From Octopus vulgaris (Eukaryota), in assembly GCA_951406725.2 (NCBI GenBank), contig OX597830.1:64542001-64606000 (forward strand): a stretch of 64,000 bases of DNA. The letters run 5' to 3'. The position numbers and the translations under genes were made by a program. The notes under the pieces were generated by a model that saw nothing but the letters and a program-made list of their open reading frames with translations, was not told the origin of the DNA and searched no databases. Of the stretch, positions 14,265 through 28,369 are shown piece by piece. Each line of letters begins with the position of its first letter. Position 1 is the first letter of the stretch.

Positions 14265-14780
14265 CATATCTGTCTGTCTCTCTCTCTCCCTCTCTCTCCC
14301 TCTCTCTCCCTCTCATCCTCTATCAATCTATCTAGTTAGCTAAGAATCCGTCTCCGTAAATGTATGTACGTGTGTAAATGTATTTGTGTGTGGGTGCGTC
14401 CGTGCATCCCTACGTGCGTGTGTGTGTGCATGCATGTGTGTGTGTGTGAGTGTGTTCGTGTATGTGTGTGTGTGAGTGTGTGCGTGTATGTTAGGCCATG
14501 TCTAATACTGTATAATTATAGGTGTCTGCGACAAACAATAAATGTGGGAGTGTGTGTATATAGCTGTGTGTATACATGTATAAATATTGTTTCATGGCCG
14601 TATATACATACAGCTGTGCGTGTGCATACATCCCTGAGGGTGTGTCTATATTTATACGTGCGTATCTATGCGTGGGTGTTAGATTGTATATATATATATG
14701 TGTGTGTATATATGTACATATATATGTATATATATATATATATATATATGCATATATATATGTATATATATATATGTATA

Positions 14781-14878
<98 letters not shown>

Positions 14879-14984
14879 TATATATATATGACTGTCAATA
14901 CGTGCCCTCGTATGTTTGTGGGGGTGTGACTTTCCCTTGTGTATACGTATGTATATATGTTTGTATGTCTGTACATGTGTGTGA

Positions 14985-15034
<50 letters not shown>

Positions 15035-15131
15035 ATGCGTGTTTGTGCGTATATGCGATAAATATGTAGGTATCTAAGCATCGGTATGTTGACACTGACG
15101 AGTGTGCTTTTCTAAGCATTTATGCATATAT

Positions 15132-15198
<67 letters not shown>

Positions 15199-15427
15199 CA
15201 TTTATATATATATTCATATATATATATACATACATTTATATATATACATATATATATATGTATGTATACACACACACTGACGTTCACACACACATACATA
15301 CATACAGTAGCCTTCGACCTTTTCTATCCAAAAGCATTTTGAACTCAAATTCATACGCTACTGTTCATAGCTTTATCTGCTTCGAGTTTCTTAATTTCAA
15401 ATAAAAAATACTTATTTACATACTTAT

Positions 15428-15509
<82 letters not shown>

Positions 15510-15596
15510 CTGTTTGTGCGTGTGCGCGTGTGTGTATGTGTGTACATACACATGTTACATACACAGACACATTCCACATGAATGTAGGTATATGTA

Positions 15597-15660
<64 letters not shown>

Positions 15661-15969
15661 AAGAAGGTTTGAAAATGCAATTTTAAAAGATGTTTATTTA
15701 CTTTACCGGTTTCACTCTTTGGAAAAAGATTGGCAAAAGTAACATGCAGACGTTTGGTTGCGTTAATTATTGGTTGTTACAAATTGCTACATTACATATA
15801 TACAGTCTTTGGTAACAGGGACATGTTAAGGACATAAAAAAGTTCAACGAGTTCCTTAAAATATTGGGCACAAAAGATTACTACATAAATAATCGTTCTC
15901 AAGGACATGCTTAAGATAGTTTCCAGAAGGAATTGATATTGGTATTGGTATTGTATCTGTATATTCATA

Positions 15970-16012
<43 letters not shown>

Positions 16013-16946
16013 ATACATGCAATTATTAGTGTGTATGTACATATGCATGTACATTTTTATATGTATGTGTATGTTTGTGATAGTCCATTTGAAAATCAAG
16101 CAATAAACCTCACTATTTCAAACCATCCTTATCTTGTATATACTACAAAAATATTAATACGAACAACCAACCGCCTAGTGACTCTTCTGATGAAACTCTA
16201 AAAAGGTTAGAAACCAGTCACATCCATTTCGCTGTTTTTGTTCAGGTATTGTTAAACATGTGAATAACCAGTTCGTGTAGGATTCATAGCGTTTCTAAAA
16301 CAAACGCTATGTTAATTATTAAAATGGTCTGACTTACATCTAGGAAGCATGTACGTACGTTCGTACGTACATATGTATGAGAAAGGAACTGAATTCTAAC
16401 AAAGATACGCTCCTCCAACGTTGGAATGTAGATTACGGAAGCACTGACATATTTTGAACTGGAATAAAATCTTGCATAGTTTTAGTGTTCCGCTTACAGA
16501 TTGTATTTCTAATATGCTAATCTGTTGGTTGGCTTTTTTTCTTCTAAAAATCCAAGTTTATCGAGATTGACAGTTAGGAATTTTCTTACAAAACCAATTC
16601 TTCCTATTATTATCGATATAAATGTAAATTTGTAATCTGGATGTAGAGGCTGGGGGGTTCGAAGCAGCTGTCGTTGGTTATTCTCGTTCTCTTCGATTTT
16701 CTGAGAGATGTTCACATTAGTAAGATAGCTAACCTCTTTGATGGTTATGTGTATGTATGCTGTGTGTGGTATGTATGTATGTATGTATGTATGTATGTAT
16801 GTATGTATGTATGTATGTATATGTATACAAATATATATATATGTGTGTGTGTGTGTTTACGTCTATAATACACGATACACATACATGAATATATGATACA
16901 TACACCTGTACACACATATCTATATATGTATATATATATATATATG

Positions 16947-16999
<53 letters not shown>

Positions 17000-17394
17000 A
17001 TATATACATATGTTTGAAGCTTTGGAGCTGATGTACAGGTATTATATATAAGAAGAAATAAGGTACTCAGAAATCTGAATGATTTTATATTTACAGATTT
17101 TTATTAATATATCACATGTTTTTATAAATTAGCGCTTGCATCTACTCTAGTAGACTCCGATTCTACTAGAGTAGACTCTGAGTCTACTAGAATAGATGCA
17201 AGCGCTAATATATGATTTATAAAAACAGATTTCAGGATAGGTGAATTGATACCTGTACTTCTCTGTTACTCATTTATACTATATATTGTTTTACACCATT
17301 TATTCCTTTGGAATAATATTAGTGATATCTTCGAAACATATGTCGGAAGTAAAAGTATTTGAATTATACCTGCGTTAAACTCCATTTGTATGTA

Positions 17395-18275
17395 TTGAGG
17401 GTTGGTGGAAAGTAACTAGGCATTAGAAATTGCTTAAAGAATTTTTAGTATCACTGAAGTCATGACGACAACATTGTTTAAACAGACAACACTGATAGGG
17501 ATTTCTTATTTTCTTCTTGTCTTATTTCTTATTTCTTATTTTCCCGATGACTTTTCAGGAGTGAGCTAAGTCAGTACCACGTTATGAAGTGTGAAATTGC
17601 ATTGTTTTGGCTCAGAGATGGTGGCGTGCATGGAAAGGTAAGCATGTAACATTACGTCCAGAGACAATAAAAAGTTCTCATGCAACGCTGATCACCACGG
17701 GCTCTGTGAACGATGCAAGAAGTGGCCGTCCAACGACACCCCGATCAGCTGAGTGCGTGGCAACAGTGCAGGTAATTTTAATAGCAGCCTGCAAAAATCA
17801 ACAGGTCAAGCAGCCCGTGAAAGTGGACTAACAAGACACACAATACGTGCGGTGTTGTGTAAAGAATTGAACTTTCGTCTGTGGAAACCCCATTACGTGC
17901 AGGAGCTAAAGCCTGAAAACTGTGGCTGCAGAAGTCCAGAAGTCCAAGAAGTCCATATCTCAACCCATGTGATTTTTACTCGTGGCGCTACACAAAAGAG
18001 GAGATGTACAAGACAAAAGCTCGCACACTTGAGGACTTGGAGACACTGATTCAGGAAGTTCTCAATGATATCCCAGACAACGTCCTTCAGAAGGCTGTTC
18101 ATTCGATCACTGGCCGATTGAGGAAACTGGTTGATCTTACCGGTGCTTACGTTGAAATGTAAAGATTGTCTTTTATTTTCATATGTAATAAAGAACATGT
18201 ATCATTTGTTTCAATAGATTTGTAAAAGGAATATGGATTTTATTACGAACTTTTAATCCTGCTTACTTTTCACCC

Positions 18276-18281
<6 letters not shown>
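17395..18281 (+). mobile_element. internally deleted Tc1/mariner-superfamily transposon (DUF4817-HTH type)
   Basis: Degenerate TIRs gagggttggtggaaagtaac / acttttcacccaccct. Frameshifted peptides TGSVNDARSGRPTT, ELNFRLWKPHYVQEL, then an SPxLNPCDF-like motif and LRKLVDLTGAYVEM*. Most of the catalytic domain is missing. Confidence 0.85.
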
Positions 18282-18367
<86 letters not shown>

Positions 18368-18733
18368 ATACATATATGTATATATGTAGTATTATATATA
18401 TATTTATACACAGACACACATATATATACATATACATATATACATATATATATACATATATATATATGCATATGCATATGTTATTATGTATGTACATATG
18501 AATATTTGTATATATGTACATACATACATACATACATACATACATGTATGTATGTAAAGCCACTTTTTTGCCAGTTGCTTAAATTCAACGCTGTTACCCG
18601 TTCTTGTCTCTCGCGGTGAAGAACTATTTCAACGAAGCGTCCATTCCCTGTTATTTGATGAAAGGTCGTGAGCCATGGATTGGCACAAGAAATTACCCGA
18701 GGCATATATATATATATATATACATACACATGG

Positions 18734-18799
<66 letters not shown>

Positions 18800-18928
18800 G
18801 AAATGAGGTAATCAGAAGATCGGATGGTTTATATTTACAGATATTTATTTATATATTACATTTTTTACATATATATCATATCACTTAGATCTTTAGCGCT
18901 TTCTCCCATTCTAGTGGGGTTTTCAAAT

Positions 18929-18964
<36 letters not shown>

Positions 18965-19017
18965 ATACACATACACATGGACATATATATATGTGTGTGT
19001 GTGTGTGTGTGTTTGTA

Positions 19018-19065
<48 letters not shown>

Positions 19066-19594
19066 TCTTTCTTCCTATCTATCCATCCGTCCATCCATCT
19101 ATCAATATACGTACGTATACACTTACATACATACGTATATATATGCGCGCGCATGTGTGTGTGTATGTATATTCTCAAACACACCCACATACGCACACAC
19201 AAATACACGCACAAGCGCATATGTGTATTGATTACGTGTTCATCCCTTCCAGCTTTTAGTAACTCCACATTCTTAACACTTAATCTCCAATAATTCACTC
19301 AACTCTCTTCTCTAAAAAAAAAACACACACACAAAAAAAAAAGAAATAAAAATACAACTACAAATTCTTATTCTTATATTTAGCCGCAATTTTTATATAA
19401 TCCTTCTTTCTCGTTTTTTTCTTTTCTGCTTTATCGCCCCCTAAACACTTTCAGTATATACATATGAATTTTAAGGATCCACTTCCGGCATATTTCAAAC
19501 CCTCGAAACAGGCTCACATAATGTGAAGTCTTCCCCAATTTGAATTCGCTACTGATCATAACTATTACTCATTCGCTTATATATGTACGGTCCA

Positions 19595-19770
19595 AAATAA
19601 AGAAAACTCAAAGACAACGCGAAAGACCAACAAACAGGGTGTATTAGTTTAACGCTCAAGTAAAAATAGAGAAGTCTTTAACGTTTCGTGCTTGCGCTCT
19701 TGTACAGAAATGATAAATGATGTGGGGGAAACATGGAGACACGAAAAAAAGAAAAAGAAAACATCTGTGT
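19595..19770 (-). mobile_element. PLE-like short repeat with decayed hammerhead motif
   Basis: Related to the 42340-42543 and 57520-57710 family; minus strand reads ttctgtacaagagcgcaagcacGAAAcgtTAaagac. Confidence 0.5.
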
Positions 19771-19778
19771 CTATATCA

Positions 19779-20158
19779 TGGCACCCTGTCGGTTATGACG
19801 ACGAGGGTTCCAGTTGATAGGATCAGCGGCAAAGCCTGCTCGTGAAATTAACGTGCAGGTGGCTGAGCGCTCCACAGACACGTGTACCCTTAACGTAGTT
19901 CTCGGGGAGATTCAGCGTGACACAGAGTCTGACAAGGCCTGGCCCTTTGAAATACAGGTACCACAGCAATAGGAAGAAAGCGTGAGAGAAAGTTGTGGTG
20001 AAAGAGTACAGCAAGGATAGCCACCACCTCCTGCCGGAGCCTCGTCGACCTTTAGATGTTTTTGCTCAATAAACACTCACAAAGCCCGGTCTGGTAATCG
20101 AAACCGCGATCCTACGACCGCGAGTTCACTGCCCTAACCAACAGGCCATTGCGCCTCC
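19779..20158 (-). mobile_element. OR1-like tRNA-derived SINE, full length
   Basis: Reverse complement: ggaggcgcaatggcc...ggttagggcagtgaactcgcggtcgtaggatcgcggtttcgatt...; body matches 27805-28134. Confidence 0.8.
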
Positions 20159-20502
20159 ACTATGTCAATATATGTATGTATTACATATATGACGTACGTA
20201 CGTAGTACTATGTATGTATGTATGTATGTATGTGTGTATACATTCATTTACATACTAACCCCATTTTAATTAAGTACATAAATATGATACGTAAAATAAC
20301 AAGTTCTATTTCTTCATTTCCTTTCACGGTTTCATAATTTATAGAAACTATTAATGAATTTTTTTTCGTCATATATCTCAGACGCTGCAGTGTAGGTCCT
20401 ATTAACCCCATTCTTTTACCCTGTCTTCTCGTTTCTGTTCCTTCTCCTTCCTACAAAAATCGCAAACTATAGCTTAGCTACAAACCTCATTATATTTATA
20501 TA

Positions 20503-20731
20503 TTTCTTTACTACCCACAAGGGGCTAAACATAGAGGAGACAAAGAAGAACAGACAAAGGAATTAAGTCGATTACATCGACCCAGTGCGAAACGGGTACT
20601 TTATTTATCGACCCCGAGAGGATAAAAGTCAAAGTCGACCTCGGCGGAATTTGAACTCAGAACGTAACGACAGACGGAATACCGCTAAGCATTTCGCCCG
20701 GCGCGCTAACGTTTCTGCCAACTCGCCGCCT
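20503..20731 (-). mobile_element. SINE family C, full monomer
   Basis: Reverse-complement match to 13260-13492. Confidence 0.9.
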
Positions 20732-20759
20732 CATACCTCATTATATTTATAGTGCGAGG

Positions 20760-20918
20760 GATTGCGTAGAGTAAGTGAAGCTTGCTTCCCCAACTACATA
20801 GTTCCGAGTTCAGTCCCACTGCGTGGCACATTGAGAAAGTATATTGTAGTATAGCCTCAGGCCGGCCAAAGCCTTGTGAGTTGATTTGGTAGACGGAAAC
20901 TGAAAGAAGACCATCGTT
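20760..20918 (+). mobile_element. SINE family A head
   Basis: gagttcagtcccactgcgtggcac...gccttgtgagttgatttggtagacggaaactgaaagaag. Confidence 0.8.
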
Positions 20919-21021
<103 letters not shown>

Positions 21022-21309
21022 CATACATGTATATATAAAGAGAGAGAGGTGGAAGGAGACACAGAGAGATAAAGAAAGAGAGAAAGGCTGATTATTATGA
21101 TACTTCGCATCAACAGCTGGGTGGGATTGGAGCATTGGGTAATGAAGTGGTTTGCTCAAGAACACAACACGCCGAATGGAAGTCCCACTCACAGTATTAC
21201 GGGTACAACACCCTAACCTCTGGGACATGCGTCTTCCCCACCCCACATGCACGAGGAAACGCACACGCATACGCACTGGCACACGTATTGGGTTGTCAAA
21301 ATACGTGCG

Positions 21310-21457
21310 TTCAAATTCCGCCGAGGTCAACTTTGCCTTTCATCCTTTCGGGGTCGATAAATAAAGTAGCAGTTTCGCACTGGGGGCGATATAATCGACT
21401 CAATCCCTTCGTCTATCCTTGTTTGTTCCCTCTATGTTTAGCCCCTTGTGGGCAGTA
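21310..21457 (+). mobile_element. SINE family C, 5'-truncated, with direct repeat flanks
   Basis: Core plus tail 1; aaaatacgtgcgtt occurs both upstream (21298-21311) and downstream (21467-21480). Confidence 0.8.
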
Positions 21458-21728
21458 AAAAAAAAAAAAATACGTGCGTTTCTTTCCAATGTTATTTGAT
21501 TTGATCAGGATAAATCTGGGATGAGCAACAACCACGGAAGGGTGGAAGGGAGAGCAGATATGACCGTGAGCTCAAAACTTAATGGGCCATTAGGAAGAAC
21601 CTCAAGATGTTCTGCTCATGTATCTGTCGATTACGCCATTCGCCAATCCCGATTCGACAAATTATTGTTTTGTTTCATACTTTTGCCTTTTATTTCATGC
21701 TTATTTAGCGATTTCAACAACACCGCCG

Positions 21729-21775
<47 letters not shown>

Positions 21776-21799
21776 ATAATAATAATAATAATAATAATA

Positions 21800-22012
21800 A
21801 TGGTTTCAAATTTTGTCACAAGCGCAACAATTTGAGGGTTGGGGACGAGTCGATTACCTCGGCCCCAGTGTTTCGCTGATACTTAATTTATCGACCCCGA
21901 AAGAATGAGAGGCAAAGTCGACCTCGCAGAATTTGGACTCAAACCGTATCGACGTGTGGATTATCGCTAAGCATTTAGCCTGGCGTGCTAACGATTCTGC
22001 CAGTTAGTTGCC
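21800..22012 (-). mobile_element. SINE family C (tail 2)
   Basis: Core gaccccgaaag...aaagtcgacctcg; embedded in (AAT)n. Confidence 0.8.
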
Positions 22013-22017
22013 ATAAC

Positions 22018-22091
<74 letters not shown>

Positions 22092-22093
22092 TA

Positions 22094-22151
<58 letters not shown>

Positions 22152-22153
<2 letters not shown>

Positions 22154-22703
22154 TGTAACGATTCTGTGGGACTTTCCAGTACATACAGACCGAACCATCA
22201 AGGCCAATAAACCAGATATTGTTGTGAAAGACCAAAACAATAAAGTTTGCTTATTGATCGACATGAGCATCCCCTGTGATCATAATATCTCAGCGAAAGA
22301 ATTTGACAAGCTCAGAAAATATAAAGACCTACTCATTGAAATTGAGAAAATGTGGCATCTCAAGGCGGTTACAATACCAATGATCGTAGGAGCACTAGGA
22401 ATGATCAAGAAGGGAACCGAAAATTATATGAGAATGATCCCTGGTTTACCATCCCTGCAAGAAGTGCAAAAGATTGTCTTAACTGGTACATCACACGTAT
22501 TGAGAAGAGCATTGTCGATGTGAGAACTGTTGCTGCTCATGTATTTTAATTTAACTTTAAAAAAATGAAAAAAAAAAAAAAATGAACGAACTATTGAGTT
22601 TGGTTTAATGGCCTACCAATGTATACTATGAGTTTCTTTGCCCTAGGAGTCGGGAAGACACTCGGCAAGAAATGGAAGCAAATTTGAAAGAAGAAAAAAA
22701 AAG
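22152..22703 (+). mobile_element. 5'-truncated R4/Dong-clade non-LTR retrotransposon (REL endonuclease C-terminus, open frame 22152-22523, plus 3' UTR)
   Basis: NVTILWDFPVHTDRTIKANKPDIVVKD...LLIDMSIP...KLRKYKDL...IPMIVGALG, the PD..D..K..KY REL motif; A-rich tail; (AAT)n on both sides. Confidence 0.9.
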
Positions 22704-22730
22704 TAATAATAATAATAATAATAATAATAA

Positions 22731-22945
22731 TCCTCACTACTATAGGCACACGATCTGACATTAAGGTGAGTGGGATAATCTATTACATCGACCCCAGTGC
22801 ACCACTGGTACTTATTATATCGGCTCCGAAAGGGTGAAAGACAAAGTCGACCTCGCCGAAATTTGAACTCAGAACGTAAAGACTAACGAAATGTCGCTAA
22901 GCATTTTGCTCTGTGTCTTAACGATTCTGCCAGCTCGCCACTCTC

Positions 22946-22995
<50 letters not shown>

Positions 22996-23190
22996 CCTTT
23001 CTCCTGTAGGCACAAGGCTTGAAACATGGGGGAGGGGTATAGCCGATTACCTCAACCTCTGTACTTGACTTGTACTTAATTTAATCGACCCCGAAAGGAT
23101 GAAAGACAAAGTCGACCTCGGCGGAATTTGAACTGAAATACTGCAAAGCATTTTGCTCGGCGTGTCGATGATTCTGCCTACTCGCCACCC
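22731..23190 (-). mobile_element. two SINE family C copies (22731-22942, 22995-23190) separated by (AAT)n
   Basis: Core and tail 2 visible in both copies. Confidence 0.85.
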
Positions 23191-23196
23191 TCATAA

Positions 23197-23748
<552 letters not shown>

Positions 23749-24014
23749 GCTGATATCGCCACTATCTCAGAAATGACAATTGGAGGAAGAAAGAGGGAAG
23801 GTGTGATAAATAGGAAAGTGAAATATACAGTTTATTTACACTGTTACGAATCGAACTTCCGTCAATGAAGGCTTGGCTGTGCAAACATGGTGTGTATGTG
23901 TGTATGTGTGTGTGTGCGTGTGTCTGTAGATGTGTGCGAAAATAGGAATATCCACAGCTATAAATACAGCTGTTACTTACAATGTCATGCTTTATATATA
24001 TATATGTATGTATG

Positions 24015-24064
<50 letters not shown>

Positions 24065-24072
24065 TTATATAT

Positions 24073-24368
24073 GAGGCGCAATGGCTCAGTGGTTAGGGCA
24101 GCGGACTCGTGGTTTCGATTCCCAGACCGGGCTTTGTGTGTGTTTATTGAGCGAAAACACCTAAAGCTCCACGCGGCTCCGGCAGGGTGTGGTGGCGAAC
24201 CCTGCTGTACTCTTTCGCCACAACATTCTCTCACTCTTTCTTCTGTTGGCCTGCTCGCTTAGCCTGCGGGGTGGCGTCATTTGAAGGCTAAAACAATGCG
24301 AAGCGCATTGTGACCAGCGATGTGTAGCAACATATGATAGCCTGGTTGGTCACGGTGATCACGGTGAT
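24073..24368 (+). mobile_element. OR2-like SINE (OR1-type 5' region, different 3' tail ending in cacggtgat repeats)
   Basis: Shares about 170 bp with the OR1-like copies, then diverges at ctgttggcctgctcgcttag. Confidence 0.75.
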
Positions 24369-24380
24369 ATATATATATAT

Positions 24381-24672
24381 AACTCGTCAAGACAAAATCA
24401 AAATGATAAAAACAGAACGTTTCTTTGCTCATGTATATGAATCTTAAGTTTTTCTGCGTTGCTTAGAAGAAGTAGAAAGATATTTTTGCCTTTTTCTTTT
24501 TCAAAAGAAACAAAAGTACTCTTGGCTTTTTCTTTTCAAAAAAAGAAAAAAAAAAAACAATAGAAAACAAATATTCTTCTCCTCTTCTAAACAAAACAAA
24601 AACATCCGATTCATATAAGGGAACAAGGAAAGGTTCTGTTTTTCTATCATTTTGATCATGTGTTGACGAGTT
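24381..24672. repeat. long imperfect inverted repeat (fold-back)
   Basis: aactcgtcaagacaaaatcaaaatgata..aaacagaac versus the reverse complement of the right end, aactcgtcaacacatgatcaaaatgatagaaaaacagaac; similarity continues for about 110-120 bp. Confidence 0.85.
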
Positions 24673-24771
24673 CGATAAACGAACGAAATCATAAAGAATT
24701 ATCCAAAATTCTGACTGCCTCCTTTTTCTCAATATACAGTACCTGCACACCACATCAAGCACTCTTTAAGC

Positions 24772-24825
<54 letters not shown>

Positions 24826-25139
24826 CGTGAGAGCTAGAGTTTGGGAAGCCAACCAATTAAGAGATAGTACCTATCCAATATACTACTGGTAGTGTGCCCA
24901 ATTATTAATATACAAGTGCTGGTTATTGCGTGACAATTTCGCAATGGTTTACCCTTAATCTATACGACTAAAAGAAAATGAAGGGGATACAAAAATGACA
25001 TATATCAGCCGGTAGACACTCTATTATGTCTATTTATTCCCAAAACAAAAAGGAGTATTATAAGAATAGATACACATGCAAAGACTGTGTGCTACACAAA
25101 TATATACTACTACTACTAATAATAATAGTAATACACAAA

Positions 25140-25800
25140 AGGGTAAAAGATTAAAACATCAATTCCTTACGGCCGTTTCTGCCAAGAGGCCACGATACCC
25201 TCCACGGTAGCTCCATCTCTTCAGTGTTCTGTAGGGATGGGTAGATAGAGTTTGGATGTTGAGTGTACCTCTAGTCTTCATCAGAGGGTTTAAATGGTCA
25301 GGAGAACCGATACATACAAGAGTCAGTTACTAATAGGTACAGTATATTTTTCCTATTGAAGAGGGCATAAGAATAATTGGAGCAAGACTTAGAGTGTGAA
25401 AGGAGTAAAATTTAGTAAAATTTATTAGGCATAGGAAAGGGAAATAAGTCATAGACTTCCAGTGTTGCCTTCCAAGACTCATGTTATTTTGTCCAGTGGT
25501 GGAAAGGTAGGTATAGTCGTTCTAAGGATGAATTTTTTTAGGAAGGCAAAATTTAGGCAGTGGTTTTTATTTTGTTTACATATAGATACATATTATGTTT
25601 GTGTTTACAATGGTAGGTTTGAAAGTATGGTCCGTGTTTCAGGGGTGGAAATTTATATGTGGGATGCCAGTTGGTACCAAAGAGAGTATGGCACCAGGTA
25701 ATGACGGACACCGTACTTTGGTCACCTCCTGGTGACCATAGCAATATGTTTCTGCAGTAATGGTTTTTTAGGATTTTAAGAAGTTATAGTCCCACAGTAC
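25140..25800 (-). mobile_element. PLE-like terminal region with hammerhead motif (25165-25288)
   Basis: Minus strand: ccctCTGATGA...ggcaGAAAcggccGTAagg. No coding signal recognised. Confidence 0.5.
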
Positions 25801-25801
25801 A

Positions 25802-26522
25802 TCAGCAAACAGTCACTATAACCTTATGTTTGAAGAGCTCGGGTTTAGGGAAGGTTTTTGGTGCATCATTTTGGTCCAACCACTCCGAAAAACGTTTTCT
25901 TTTTATTATAGTACGGAATCTACTTTTACCGCAAGTTACAATACGGTCGAGAAATGGATCGGTTTGGTTAAGGAGAAGAAGTGACGAGCAAATTTCATAT
26001 CTGCGCATTTTCTGATTTTCATTCAAATCGTGTGGTGTCCATCTGTTGAGCTTTTTTGGTTTTCCTATTGCACGTAAATGGTTGCAGGAAGTTTTCTGGT
26101 TAACCTGAAGTTCTTTTGCCAGTTCTCGAGTGGTTTCACGTGGATCTTTCTCAATGACGGGCTTTAACTGACCGTCATCGATGGCAGATGAACGTCCACT
26201 ACGCTCACGATCTTCAAGTCCCAGGCATCCACTGAGAAATTTTCCAGCTGACCACTTACTGGTCATTTCTTGACCAAATGTTTCGTTGATATCGCGAGCA
26301 GTTTACGTACATTTTTGAAGTTGTATAGCAAAATTGCTTGAATATCGCGCTTTGACAGCTCCATTTCAGATGATTGTAACAACGGTGAAAAAAAAAAAAA
26401 TCAATGTTAATTTATTAATCCATTTGGGTAAGTCTATATCTATATTATCAGACAATTGCAAAACAAAAAAAAGTGTTTAAAAAATTAAAATCCGGTAAAA
26501 ATTCCTTATGGTCCAAAGTGTT
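25802..26522 (-). mobile_element. mariner transposon 5' half (pseudogenised transposase, ATG at 26364)
   Basis: LEDRERSGRSSAID..., WTPHDL (WVPHEL motif), FLDRIVTCGK (RIVTGDEKW motif), KVIVTV; truncated after this. Confidence 0.9.
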
Positions 26523-26526
26523 ACTG

Positions 26527-26596
<70 letters not shown>

Positions 26597-26862
26597 ACAC
26601 ACACTAACACACACACACATATGTATATATATATATAAATACAGTGTATATTTAAACACATAAGAGGTATCCGTCAAAGGAATCCTGACACGCTAGAAGC
26701 AACAGCCAAAGTCCAAACCACTATTAGGGATAAAAATTTCGAAGGTAATGAAAAATAAAATTTACCATCTATCTATAATACATAGTCTATTGACTAATTT
26801 TTCTACACGCTAGACCACTGGTAGAAAACATTTCTAAAATCTTTATTACCCTGATATTATTA

Positions 26863-26893
<31 letters not shown>

Positions 26894-26950
26894 CACACAA
26901 ACATACATACACCCCCCACACACACAAACACACATATATATATATATATC

Positions 26951-27014
<64 letters not shown>

Positions 27015-27119
27015 TATGTGTATGTGAGCGAGAGAGATTATGTGAGAGAATATGTGATGTTAGAATATGTTTAAAGCCCCAATCCATTTTGTTACTACAC
27101 CATTCTTTTCTACTCTTTT

Positions 27120-27402
27120 GGAGAGGATGAAAGGCAAAATCGACCTAGGCGGAATTTGAACTCAAAACGTAAAGGCAGACGAAATACCTATTTATTTACT
27201 ACTCACAAGGGACTAAATACAGAGAGGACAAACAAGGACAAACAAACGGATTAAGTCCATTATATCGACCCCAGTGCGTAACTGGTACTTATTTAATCGA
27301 CTCCGAAAGGATGAAAGGCAAAGTCGACCTCGGCAGAATTTGAACTCAGAACGTACCTAAGCCTTTCGCCCATCGTATTAACGTTTCTGCCAGCTCGCCG
27401 CC
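27120..27402 (-). mobile_element. SINE family C dimer
   Basis: Core, tail 1, then re-entry into a second core. Confidence 0.8.
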
Positions 27403-27494
27403 CTTTTGTTACTACGCCATTGCAGATATCATATTGCTGTAGTATCTTATCCCCGTGGGCACGCCTGCCTCCATCATCTATGTTGTCGTCGTTA

Positions 27495-28162
27495 TCTCTC
27501 CCGATACAATCCTGTCGAAGACCGCCCTCGGTTCCTGTCATACAAACTTCCCGTTATGAAGTAATGTAAATTGAATGCTCCTATCAAAATTTTACGTGAA
27601 GTTATGTTCCAAATCCATTGTGACAAAATTCTTTTTAAATGACTGAAACTGAGGTAGTGTATTTCCTCAGAAATATGGTGAGAAAAGTGTTAAAGTAATT
27701 TTAAAACTTTACCGTCAAAATACCATCTTTCAAAACCAGCTTAATTAACGACAAAGTTATTTTATTAAATTCTTCACTATTTTGTATTTCAACAGAAATA
27801 TGGTGGATGATGGAAGCACTCCGTCGGTTACGACAACGAGGGTTCCGGTTGATCCGATCAACGGAACAGCCTGCTCGTGAAATTAACGTGTAAGTGGCTG
27901 AGCACTCCACAGACACGTGTACCCTTAACGTAGTTCTCGGGGATATTCAGCGTGACACAGAAAGTGACAAGGCCAGCCCTTTGAAATACAGGTACAACAG
28001 AAACAGGAAGTAAGAGTGAGAGAAAGTTGTGGTGAAAGAGTACAGCAGGGATCACCACCATCCCTGCCGAAGCCTCGTCGAGCTTTAGGTGTTTTCGCTC
28101 AATAAACACTCACAACGCCCGGTCTGGGAATCGAAACAGAAATATGGTAAGAAAGGGGTCAA
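27495..28162 (-). mobile_element. two degenerate piggyBac-like MITE copies, the second interrupted by a SINE
   Basis: Reverse-strand similarity to 1897-2094; cagaaatatggt..gaaaag(t/g)g(t)taa-type ends. Confidence 0.5.
27805..28134 (-). mobile_element. 5'-truncated OR1-like SINE with 14-bp TSD
   Basis: TSD aacagaaatatggt at 27791-27804 and 28135-28148. Confidence 0.9.
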
Positions 28163-28369
28163 TAATGTTGTTTTGCTAAATTCTTCATTATTTTTATAAT
28201 TACTTTATTTCATTATATTTGCCATAAGAACAGTACATAGAGTATAGTAAGTAGCTTTGCGGGCTGGACAAGGCCATTAATGAAATGAATGATAACGAAA
28301 CAAGGATGATAAGGATGGGAGAAGACAAAAAACGCCCGCCGACTTTTGCTTCTCTAATTACTTGAATGT

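Noticed and set aside
19779-20158. tRNA gene-like heads
   Set aside because: They continue into SINE bodies, with no complete cloverleaf or terminator.
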